From contig CM082576.2 of NCBI GenBank assembly GCA_040954595.2, positions 3,198,760-3,262,759 of the forward strand: 64,000 nucleotides of DNA. Direction: 5' to 3'. Origin of the DNA: Balanoglossus misakiensis (Eukaryota; Animalia; Hemichordata). Below the pieces are notes generated by a model. That model was given only the letters and a program-made list of their open reading frames with translations. It was not told the DNA's origin and did not search any database. Below, in pieces: positions 52,101 to 64,000 of the stretch. The translations under genes and the position numbers were made by a program. Each line of letters opens with the position of its first letter. The first letter of the stretch is position 1.

Positions 52101-52470
52101 CAAGACCTTTTTCTCAAGAAACTTCAGCAATGCTGTGTGTGGTTTGACTTCATGGATCCAGTGTCGGACCTCAAGGGCAAAGAAATCAAGAGAGCTAGTC
52201 TAAACGAGTTAGTGGATTATATCACAGCTGGCAGGGGAGTTCTCAATGAACAAGTTTACCCAGATGTGGTCAAAATGGTAAGTGATTTAATATGCACTTG
52301 ACTTTGTCACTTTGCTGGATTGTGATTGGTTGTTGGCTTGCTTGAGCGTGATTGGGTGGTGCACCTGTGTGCACGATTCTCTCTTTTGATGTGCAATCAG
52401 GAACATTTCAATTATATGTCTGCATCAGAGAATCCGCTTGCCAAATATCCCTGTGTGTTCAGTGTGTGTA

Positions 52471-52535
<65 letters not shown>

Positions 52536-55500
52536 ATAGGGAGAGCGAGAGAGAGCTTTAAATAATTCTGTGTGGGTACACTAATTCCCAGAGCACAAGG
52601 TAAGTCATTTCAAATTCACTAGGTAACCTGAAGCCAGCGACATTTACAAAATGTCCACCTTAAGCCTGCCAGTGAGAAGTGATAGATAAGAGCTCTAACA
52701 TGCAACCACAGCCAGCTGGTCTGTCTGTCTCTCTCCGTTCTCCAGTCAAAGCCTAAACGATTAATGTGATCAGACAAATGTTCACATGCGAGAGAGCCGG
52801 CAAGACTGAACGTGACAAATGCGCATGCCACAGTATTTGGTACGGGCACTGAGGTGTTTCATTTTCCCAGCCTTGGTGTCACCATCGTGCTTATCTGGTG
52901 CAATAAGTCATCTTGATTTTCATCTATCAATGTGGCTGTGTTTGAGTTAGCACAAGTGCACATTTAGGGCAGTGGGGGTCAGGGGTCACATCGATTTGTC
53001 GGAGCAGATTTGCTTCAGACCAATAGATTACATTTTGTTAGTGGAAACCCTGACTCAAAAATTGTCCCTATCATTTCGGACAATGTCCCACAGTCTGGGG
53101 TCAACACATTGCTTCAGGAGTTGCCAAACCTCGCGAGTGAAAGGTCATTGAATTGAGTAGCATGGTCCCATGTCATGATAAACTCATAGTTGAAAAGCAG
53201 ACCAAGATGAATGGTCACTTAAAATCACTGGTTTACATTCCTCCAAAGCACCATCAATATCGGAGCTGAAATTGAGATGTCACAATATTACAGAGAATAG
53301 ATGATGGTAATGATGACGATATTTATAGCCATCTATGAATTATAAAAACAAAAGTGAAGACACAACCCCAGAGTACCTCTTCACGGCTGTGAACCCACTT
53401 TTTTAAAGAAATTCACCTAACGACAGAAATATTTAGCAGTAACCAGTAAAAAAAGATATTCCTGCACTAGGTGGCTGTTTGCATTCATTTCACAGTTCTG
53501 TGCCACCACTGCTCAGTGATGTGATTAAAGTCACTTTTATGAGGGCCTCCCGAAATGCATTTAAAAGTTATTGACATCAAATCATCAGGTATATGTAAAA
53601 TCCAGGGCATGAAACTATGTTCTTGCCAGGGCTTTCAGAGATGTATGCAATAGTGTTTTTTGTGTTGCATTCGATTGTAAGCGAGGGGAAACTACAATTA
53701 CAATCACTGGAGAAGTGAGTGGATTTTTATTCCTTTCATGAAGAGCCTCATCATTGCTGTCTCAAAAGAATTGTAAGGACAAATCAAACACGCGTCGATA
53801 ATTTTTTTTAACGCAAAGGAGTTTGTTGCGGTGGTACTTCCATACACGGAATATTGATCACATTTTCCCACCACTGCTCAAGGCTTTAATGTTCTTGAGA
53901 TAAATGCCGATCACGCATATTTTTATCATATGATAATGAATATTTCAGTTGTAAACGTTGATGAATAATGTGGAGAGTTCCATTGGAAAATCGAATGATG
54001 CACATTATTTCAAGTTCCACTCAGGCTTTTGAAAGAGGGAGAAATATACAAAAACATGTTCAAATGTAACAAAAAATTACAGGTACATAAAATTAAACCA
54101 TTGGGGGAACACTGCACGCTCAGCAGTGCATTTTTCTGTAGCGGTTTTTACTTATTGGCAATTTCAATATTGGTGACAATAAAGCCTGAGATCAATATAT
54201 GACGTTGATTACTGTGTTCTAAGCCCGGAGAAATATGAATGTATATTGATTTGTGTGCAAGTGGCTACCCAGAAGGTACACTTTAATGATCCCATTGATT
54301 TCCCCAAAAGGTTAGAAATTTCTCAGAATCCATAACACTCGTTTTTTCTCCCCACCTCCTTAACCTGGTGGATATCAACTCGAATTCTACCCATTCTGCT
54401 TCGTGTATATATATAGATGTCTGCTTCGTATAATATATGAAATGAAAATTGTGCAAAATGAACATTGCTAGGAGTTGGTCATTAAACAGGGCTGTTATCT
54501 TTAATCTGCTGACGTAGATAGGCAGTCTCCTCTGTAGGAATTGAGAGATTTCAACGTCATCAGGGAAAATGTTCTAGTGGTCCTTACAATTACAGAAGTA
54601 GCACCACATGCCGCCACCAATGATATTGAACAAGCTAATCAGCTGCAAAATGGGAACACTGTCCATTTCTCTCACCTCTACTAGTTAACTATCATTGCTA
54701 CTACTATGGGAAATAAACATAATTTCCATGACACAGACCCTGTACACTACTTCAGCGAAGTTCAACTGGGATTGGACCTTCGTTCACTTCAGTCAAAGCA
54801 ATTATAGATGCAGCAACCTTGTACATGTATGCATGTCCATATGAATATGTTATGGAAATTAGGAATGATGTAAGCGAGTCTGAGGTTAAAGCCTGTGGCA
54901 GCTTTTGCACAACTCTTCGTGTGTTTAAGGATGTTTCTTCTGGCAGTAATGAAATTTCAGAATTTAGACATTGAAAGTTACATTATGAAATAGCAGAGTT
55001 TGATTAGCAATCACAAACAGGCCACGGCCCATATATTATTGCAAGGAATTAGTCTGTATCAGATTCACACAGTGCCGATCTATACACTGATTGGGTTCAA
55101 GACTTTTCTGCAAAAAAGTGACTACATTACATTTAGTTTGCATCATGCTGATGTGTGGTAGAAAAACCAAGCACCAAATGGGCATTGAGGAGGCAGATCG
55201 AACAGAGTGTTCTGTTCACACATGCAGTTTGCAATAACTGGCGTTGTTCCAAAATGTCACTGGCGTCACAGATAAAAGAAAGTGTTACATACTTATCTGC
55301 TTCAACACATGAATGAAATCTTTACATTTTCTCCCACTTCGTGCTGTAGAAAGTCTGTTTCAGCCTTGGTTCTATGATTTGACATTAAATAAAGAACTTC
55401 TATCAGTGAACAGGATTTCCAAGCGAATCAAAGCAAACTGTTCATGGAAGTCGTGATTTGTTGGGATGTCCTGTTTTGACATGCTAATGTGTTTGTTTGT

Positions 55501-58500
55501 TTGTTTTTTTGTATATCCACATCGGGGGTGACATTGTTGCATATTAGACCAGGAATTATTTATACACTTTTCACCCCTGCCTTTAATCATACATTCAATT
55601 ACCATTTGTAGTTGCTAATGGCCTGTAGCCAGCTTGATTATATTCCATGATTTATTTTTAATCCTCTCCACTCTGATTTTTGCAGTCAGCGTGCTATACA
55701 ATGCCAGTGTTGTTGGAATACTCGGGCGCTTCTTGACTGTAAAAATATTTCAAAAATGGCATACCACGGGTGATGTAAATATATACACATTCTTGTCTGC
55801 ATAGTGTATCTTGTTGACAGGCCTATTATTTTCTGAAAAGAAGCAGTACATCTGTGTTCGAAGTCGTGAATTATTTGGCTCCATTGCAGTTTTGGTGAAC
55901 GTTTTCTGGACTGGTTACTATCCCTTGCCTTTTGGTATGGATTCAGTAATTTTTGCTCACTTAGCTGCTGTGTTCATATGTATTGAGCAAATATGATTCT
56001 GGTACTTTACATCTGATGTTCAACCACTAATCCTTAGGGAGAGGTGCTTTGTATCTGACCTTTTGACTGTGAGCAAGGAACTGTAAAATTCAGGCTTTAC
56101 TGATCATTACGAAGAAGTGAAAAAAAAATTGTGCTCTGGGCGCTGTTTAATTTACTGTAAATCTAGTGGAAGCTTGGACTTCCTGTATGACATCAGCTCT
56201 GCTGACCAATCCTTGTCATTCTCAGAGGATCTTGACTCCACTCGTCAGTGACCGTGTAATTCTCATGAAATTCCAGAACACAGTCCTCTTGCTTTGACAA
56301 TCGCTTACAATGGCATGGTACCCAGCATTTGTGTCCTGCAGCTGTTTCGCCCCGATGATTATCTATAATACAGTAATCCTGATCACGGTACCAAAAAAAA
56401 AACTTTGCTAAAATTAGATTTATTTCCTCATTAGAGTTATTTATACATGTGTATGTACGTCAGCACCCATCAGTGCTGCAACAGTTGTCTAAAACGGAAA
56501 AACGTCACACAATATTTATAAATAGTAAATTGTCATATTTTATTCAGTTGTGTTTCAAAACTAAGCTATATGTGATATGTAGTTTTTGTTTACTTTTTAT
56601 GCAAACATTGCGCTACACACTCAATTTACCATGTGCTACAGACTGAAGTAAAGTTTGCTTTTCGGGAATTTTTTTTATGCGAGAGACGTCTGAGAAAATT
56701 AGTAATGATGATGTACATGTAGATGCCAACTCTCATTGATTGTGAGTGATCATTACACAAGCTGCTGTGCTGTACTTCCAAATCAGTGGCAATACGAGAT
56801 GTTATGTCACGCCAACTCATCAATAGGCTGTGTTCATACATGTACTCTGCAAGAAACTAAAAACAACACGCAGTCGTTCAATGTGCACCTTGACATTGCG
56901 CATTTGATTTGGGCAGTGTCATTGGAACTGGTGTTGATATTGCATATCATTCAGGCAGAGTTTGCTATGGGCAGCCATCAGTTTGTCTGTAAACTGGAGC
57001 AACGTTACAGAGTGCTACCTGATGGAGGTAATTGTTTTCGCACTAGGCACCACAGGAGGGATGGATCTGCCTGACCGAGTGAGTGGGCAGGTAAAAACAT
57101 TGTTCATGGATGAAAATGAGATATTCACGCAGAGATTATTTCTCCCGAGGGATGACCTTTGGTATTTTCTGTCCGTGATCTGCTGTGTACTTGAAAGAAT
57201 GGAAGTCAAAGAGTTCAGAGCAACAGCTGGGGTACTTATTGGATGGCCAAGTCACATGACCGCAGGGATTCGACTTGAAGCCGCATGGAGAGCTACTTGG
57301 CTGTGCCTGTGCACATCTGAGAGTGAGAGAGAAAATACTGTGCTTCATTACGGGTAGCCGGCAGCTTTTTGAGGAGACGGCTCTCCATCATAATTAGCTC
57401 AGCTCTGACTACTGCAACCAGCCGCGGTTATTTTTTTCTCCTCCAGAAATTGGCAAATTCAAATAGACCACAATCCAGTCTTGTGGAGTCACTCGCACAG
57501 CGGTGCCGAGAGAATCTCAAATAGTAGGAAATGGCCGACATCTTTTCTATTTCCTTTTCTATTTCCTAAATGTGTCTCTGCACTTCGGATGTCACATGTA
57601 CTTGTCAGGCTGAGCTGTGTGGAAGATCCACCCATACTTTTTCTTTGATTGAATGGCTTATGCTAACATGTGTTACAAGTGGTTTTTGACAGAAGGTATG
57701 TCAACCACAGCAGCACAAAATTGCATGGCATTAATATTTTTCTGGAATTTTCTGTCCCAGTCAGACTCTCAGAGGGGATCCTAAGAAAGGCAGAGTCGAA
57801 TAATAGCTTGAGATAGTAATATTTCTGTATAAAAACAAAACAAATTTGATCACGATGATGAGTGTTGCCTAGTGCCTGTGGGGAAAACTGTATGAACTCG
57901 CATATATCACCCAGCATACTGTGATGCTGATGCTGCTATTAGGGTATTGCAGGATTGAAAAATAGATGATTATTTTATACAAATGGAGTAATATTATTTA
58001 TGTCTTCTGATAAAAGTATGAGCTGCAGGCCATATTTCTTTGCAGAAATGAGATGTAACAGCGATGGGAGTCAGAAATGAGGCTGTCGTTGGTTATAATC
58101 ACCACCCTGTATTCTGCAATATAAGGGTTGTGTCCTCGGGGTCAATTATGCTGATGAGGTTTTGACACTGAGCTGAAATTAATTAAATATTTGATTGGAT
58201 TTCATGGACGTTTTATGTAATTGATCATTTTGCTTTCATGGGTGTACGTTTAATGAAATATATTATTAGGTGGGTGTGAGAATTTATCATTTTGTTCAAA
58301 ATTTATGACTGCTCAGTTTGACTTCCACAGATAGAAACAGGAGTGCAGCAAATATAAGCGACTGTCTGGGGCAGAAGGAATTTTGATTTTGACAGACTCA
58401 CACAGTCTTGATGTTTTGTGCTATCATGAAGAAATTTTGGGTAACAGAATGTTCTGAAAATCAGGTCTGAGTTTGAGCTGCTAAAATTGGTTAAAAATGA

Positions 58501-61500
58501 TCAGAACCTGATACTACACATCACAGAATGCTGATGTCACTTCCTGGTTTTGTTTTGGAACCGTCATTTTCAGGGAAAGTGCGTGTAATTGAGGTATTAA
58601 TCGATACCTTTATCCGGCATGTGTGCATTTTATTGGCCTGGCACCACCTAGCCTGTGTTACATTTCTCTGATGGGCAATCGGTGTCTCGGAAGAAAGAGA
58701 CACACTCTATGCGGGGTCTTACGGGGTCGTCAGTTGTCGAAGTCTCTCTCACGTTGCTAAGTTCACCCCGGCTGTTAACAGAGTCACGTTGACGTCAATG
58801 CAGGCAAAGATTTGCACACTGCAAATTAGCATGGAAAGTGAAGATGTGAATGTACTGCCAAGCAGGGCCAAAGTGACCGTTATGGACTTCAATTCCGAGC
58901 CCGATACGGCACCAAGGGAGCTGAACCAGCTGATACCAATCAAATTACATACAGTTATAAGGAGGGGTAGTTTCTATGAAAGTGGGCGCTTAATATGTAT
59001 AGAATTTTTTATCCGGCGGTGCACACTCTGTGTTCTCGTCTTTTCCCTCTATGACATTCAGATTTCAAGAACATTTTATGCTAATGATCCGGGGTGCATC
59101 AGTATGTATAGCCTCACTACTTTTGTAATGGCATTTTATTGACTTTACCAGGTACCCCAGACAGGCTTTGATTGGAACAGGGTTTCGCTTCTTCATATTT
59201 CAGAAATATCTAGAGATTTATTTTAATAATTTGCAAAATACCAGAAGAAATAAAGCCAGTGCAAAGCATCAAATTTGCAAGAGTTGTGTTCATCAAAATC
59301 TACGATATTGAATTTTTTTATTGCGTGTGTTCATAGGCAAAGGAACTGCCCTGAAGAGAATGGTGAGGTCCATCCAGGGAATGTAGAGTTAAAACGCGGT
59401 TTGAGTTTTTTTTCATTTCTCCATTAGCTTTTTTGTTCACCAATATTTAATTGGCCCCTTCAATCTAACATGAAGATTTTTTTCTTCCCAGGGATGTTAC
59501 AACAATCAGTTTTATTATATCTGGCTGTGTTTTTGCTATTTGATGGATGAACTGAAAGATATGTACCCACATTGAGATATCATAAATATCTCTCACGAGC
59601 CACCAGTATAAAACATTGTCATATTCTCAAAAAATTACACGTTCTCACATACCCCAAAATTAGTTCTATGGCTAAAAACAGTGTTGATAAAATTGATAAT
59701 TTGGTCAAATTGATTCTCGTTATACACTCCCAGTAACCACTACTTTGTAAATAAATCATCTTGGCAGGGAGTATCTTTAGTCAGCATATAAATAAGTTTT
59801 CACAAGTCTTTCAAAGTGAGATGTCTTTCTTCACACACACAAAACCTGCAGACATTACCTTGAAATGCGTGTGGGTTTTTTAAATCCAGGGATAGCCGTC
59901 AAAGCTATCTGTTAGTGACAGTTGTGCGTGTATTCAAACATTTGTCATCATGCCTGCTTTACAAATGTGGTTCAATATGCATTATTTAAAACTTGAACAA
60001 AACTCTCACACATATGAAAAATCAGTGCTATACAGTCTGTGATGAAAATGCAGAAATCTTGGAGATACATTGTACATGTATGTGAGATGACAGCAATTAC
60101 TTTTGCATGGTATTGCAATGTATAATATTAGCTCTAAGCCATAGCCATTACACTAATTTAGAAATGCCTGCCAGTCACCATGTGGTTTAAGAAAAGAGAT
60201 TTTCAGACTCGATTCAGTTTATAAGAATACGAAGACATTTCTTATTCGATGCCAATACAAATTAAGATGAGTAACATTAACTGTAGGAGTTTCTGCATTG
60301 TTCCTTGCCTTGCCAAACTCAGTGACTTACAAACACAAGACTTTGTCACAAACCGACCTACTTTTAAATAGAAACCATATCCACTTTCTTTGTTGTTGCC
60401 TTTTATTGTGGATTGTATTTTTGCGGGATCTAAAGTCATGCTTTTGCCCACAGCTTCAATCGAAATGTGACATGACACCCTTGTTCTGTGCAACCTGAAT
60501 TCCTTCTGGTGGCTTTTGATTTCTAAAATGAACTGACTTTCGGCAGTCATTCTTGTTGTATTGTGTTAGGTGGCTTCTTTTTGCACAATTGCAGTGTGGC
60601 AGTTTGCCTGCGTACAGATCTAGTGGTGCAGAAATCAGAACATTGCCTATGATCATGCGATGGCAGTTGTGTTGCAATGGAAAGTGAAATTTTAGATCTA
60701 CATGCACCAATGAATGCAGCCAGTCCTTTCAAGATGGCCGCCACGCGTCTGGGTCTTCTAGAACACATCTAATGGCATTGAATGCTGGGAAATAGAAAGA
60801 AAAATCAACTGATTCCCTGAAGAGCGTTTATGAATAATTAATGTATTAAGTGATATATAAGAGTCTGTAAGTCATACATGGATGTAGGCTATGAGATGAA
60901 ATGTGCCAGCTAGTAGACAGTGTGACTGTGAATGTATCTCTTTCAAGTATTTAATATCTGTATACTACTGCTAGTTAGTTAGGCCTGTGATAGGCGCTGT
61001 TTCATGTGTTACACAGCCTCTGCCACAGTACTGCAAATGCCTGTGGGCAGTTATGTGACCCACACTCCAGGTTGGGTCAATTTCAAGAAAAGCTCAACCA
61101 TTGTAAGGATTTTCAGATGGATGGGTTCTAGACTGACACCAGGCTTTAGTGGTACAGTCCAAATCTGGACCCCCCCCTCCCCCCCACTGGATCGTCCTCA
61201 TCCTCATCATACAAACACATATAAAGGCGATTTGAAAAAAAAAAACGTGGGAGTTTAATATGTTTGGGTTTATTTATCCGATGTGAGGAACTGTGAAATC
61301 TTATGTGTTATAGTGATAGCCAGTGACTACACCCAACGAGGCATGTCTGATGACATGGTAGAACTTGAGATGAATAATTCATCTTTCCTGTGGAGATTTT
61401 GAGATATACTTTTTATGTGTCGTGATTCTGTATTTACGTGTTTGTGCTTTAGTTTCGGATGTTTCTCAGAAATTCAGGCGGCAGAGGACACTGTGTGTGA

Positions 61501-63382
61501 TTCTGTTCTCATTCCGAAAGGTCAAGCCAGCAAATGATGATGTTTCGACATGTATACATGTACACAAATACTTCAATCTGCAGGCTTTGCTTGGCTGCCT
61601 TATTGTGTCTGTACAACGTTGTGTACATTCATTCCTGGGCCATTTCCTAAATTGTGTCTGGTGTATCTTTTGAACGCATTGAAAAGACAAAAAAAATGGG
61701 AAAATTGACGATTCCAAAGGCAGAGAAAGGACTGATATTTGAGCTCATCCGATGTCTGTGTCACATGATATATCATTCACATCGTTAGGTTTGTGTAATA
61801 TACTGAATTATTAATCAGTTAATGGTCTGCTCCCAGCCAGGCTTTGCAGATGTTACATTTGAACATCAAAACGGTGTATCTTTTTACCAGAAACTTTGTC
61901 TTAATATTTGTAAGAAGAGTGGGAAGGGAAGTTGAAGACAAAACAGCATCTTGCCACGCAATAAATTCACTTAAACCTGTTAACTGACAATGTGCTTGTG
62001 TGTATCAGCACACAAATGATGGTTCAACAAGTGTAGGGAATAGACAAGGTGTGTTGCAATATACACATATTGACTCTCCATGAGGGTAATATCATACGGC
62101 TGTCCGCACACCACAACTTAGTTGACTACCATAACAGTACCAAAAGGACATCAGTATCCAAAGATCATATTTTTGGCACTGTCACTATGGGCCACCGTAA
62201 TTCAACCTTGACACTCCCCCAAAATTGAGACGAAAGTGCATCTACCGTAGGAGTGTAAACAAAATCTGCAGCTCCACATGTATGGTACTAACCAATACTC
62301 AAGTAGTCGTTTTGAGGTTGCTTGTATGTGTTATGCAGGAGAAAAGATGCCAAATATGCTGGACCTATGTGAGGGCCCCCCGATACTGCCATATTGCACT
62401 GGTATGATTGGAATTACAGAAGCTGCCCAGTGTGTGTATGTGTGTAATGGTTGGCTGGGGTCATACAAGGACACTGCCCTGGTGCCCTGCAAAGCTCTGC
62501 TTACCTCTACTCTACAACAAGTGTTCCTATGGGTTGTTATTCCATAGTTCGTGTTTTTTTTTTAAATACAGGGCATTTATTTTAAGGTTGTTTATTTATA
62601 ATTACTACCAGAGGTTTTTCATTTTTTTTTAACCATCACCTGTAGACATTGACAAGTATATCGGGGAGGCTATGTTGCTCTCAGTAGATGATCAATTTAG
62701 ACAATTTTTGTCTGTGTATCTAGAGAGGATTAAGAAATGATGAGAATCTCTGTCATGTCTAGTATGCGTTAACTATGTAGTCCTTGTCCACCAGTCAGTC
62801 AGTATTATTAATATTTGGAGTTCTAAAATTTTGGTATTCTACCCATTTCTTAATATATGTTTCTTAATATCATTTCTTAATACATGTATATGTTTATTTC
62901 TTGGGGTAATATTACATGTAAGTAGAGGCTTATGACATTATGTCTATATACCGGTAACTATAAGAACTATGTGAGCTCCAAGTCCATTACTTAATTGACT
63001 CAGTGGCCAAGATTCTTGGTCATTCCTCCCACACAGGCAGTTGTCAATCTAACCACTGCACATATATATAAGGCATTCTTGTTTTGATAATGCAGTTGCC
63101 AACAGGCATTTACCAAGCAAATAAAGTTTCACTCATACCACCCAATGAAACTTGCCAGCTCTAATGTCATCCAGTGCGACACACCCTGAAATCATTCCTT
63201 TTCTGCTTTACATTGTAATTTATGAAACTCAGTGTGGTTGTACATGTCATTCTCAATCTCTCATTTTGCTCTCCTGACAGATTGCTTGTAATATATTTCG
63301 GACACTGCCCCCAAGTGATAACCCCGACTTTGACCCTGAAGAAGACGACCCAACGTTAGAAGCTTCGTGGCCACATTTACAG
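40152..63382 (+). CDS. PPP2R5E: PP2A regulatory subunit B56 (alpha/epsilon, widerborst-like); first three coding exons, gene continues beyond the window
   Basis: Exons: 40152-40296 ([48 protein letters not shown]), 52081-52277 ([48 protein letters not shown]) and 63281-63382 ([34 protein letters not shown]). Phases are compatible; introns are about 11.8 and 11.0 kb. The symbol is the nearest vertebrate paralogue, and the gene is probably co-orthologous to PPP2R5A/B/E. Confidence 0.93.
52462..52531. repeat. Compound (TG)n(AG)n microsatellite
   Basis: Read directly, in PPP2R5 intron 2. Confidence 0.95.
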
Positions 63383-64000
63383 GTAAGACCAAGAGGAGCC
63401 AAAAAAAGCACTTATTAGTTCTGGAGTGTATACAGTCTAACTTGTGTTGGTGACCTCTTCTGTATAGTGGCAACTTCCCCCCGGTCTGTGGACAGAAAAA
63501 CAAAAACGTCTCTTGGATTGTTATAGACACAAAAGAGATGTACTTCAGGAGAACATAGTCAACTTTACAACATTACTTAACCACAATTTAGTGCTTTCAA
63601 CTAATTTCTGGATGACAAGAGGAGATGTTAAAAATTCATGATCAGTGCTTTACGAAAGAGCTTCTATCATGATATTTATGCCTAGTTTGATATATATCCC
63701 GACTCGAGGGAATATGCACACCCACTCACGAGGACTGGTAAAAAAGCCTTGATAAAGGATATCCCCGCACACACTACATCAGATGCCATATTGTCACCAA
63801 TTCAAAGAGGTATCTGTGGTGTGTGTATTTGCCAAATGTCGCCCCAGGGGGGATCACGAGATACAGCGACTAATTCTGTCGGATATACAATTTCAGAAGC
63901 CCTCACTGTTGTCAGTTGGCATCAGAAAATGTCAGAAATGAATCTTTCAGAAGATAGCGCATTGTCTCCATCACCATTTCTTTGATTTACATCTGTCCTG

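Noticed and set aside
62282-62401. Possible alternative first exon of PPP2R5 (phase-0 donor CTG|GTATGA)
   Set aside because: It is frame-compatible with the next exon, but has no B56 similarity or promoter evidence and is likely chance.
40300-63280. Numerous 60-136 aa ORFs within the PPP2R5 introns
   Set aside because: I saw no recognisable domains, transposase or reverse-transcriptase motifs; they are consistent with random ORFs in intronic DNA.
1-64000. tRNA, rRNA or snRNA genes and autonomous transposons
   Set aside because: None were recognisable by eye. tRNAscan-SE, Infernal/Rfam and RepeatMasker would be needed to exclude them, especially intronic snoRNAs.

Overview
This is AT-rich, intron-rich animal genomic DNA, probably from a marine invertebrate (an inference; the species cannot be read from the sequence). 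It is not prokaryotic, so most short ORFs in the supplied track are noise or single exons. Five spliced genes were reconstructed by hand from splice sites and frame continuity. (1) A complete 19-exon two-pore channel, TPC3 (+, 544-11139, 838 aa), needs a minor-spliceosome AT-AC intron in its second pore. (2) Inositol-3-phosphate synthase, ISYNA1 (-, 22266-19771, 544 aa), has a duplicated TATA-containing core promoter. (3) An unusual gene with 19 coding exons (-, 33420-26389, about 1030 aa) encodes four SPRYD3-like SPRY domains, a TIR domain that keeps the catalytic-position Glu, and a C-terminal CaaX box (CLIL). (4) TOMM20 (+, 34073-35990) lies head-to-head with gene 3. (5) The first three coding exons of a PP2A B56 subunit (PPP2R5A/E-like, +, from 40152) run off the window. 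Between TPC3 and ISYNA1, a 4.4-kb degenerate repeat block carries six perfect copies of a 16-bp palindrome. Several MITEs, hairpins and microsatellites are also present. The best candidate for an undescribed system is the predicted membrane-anchored 4xSPRY-TIR-CaaX protein.
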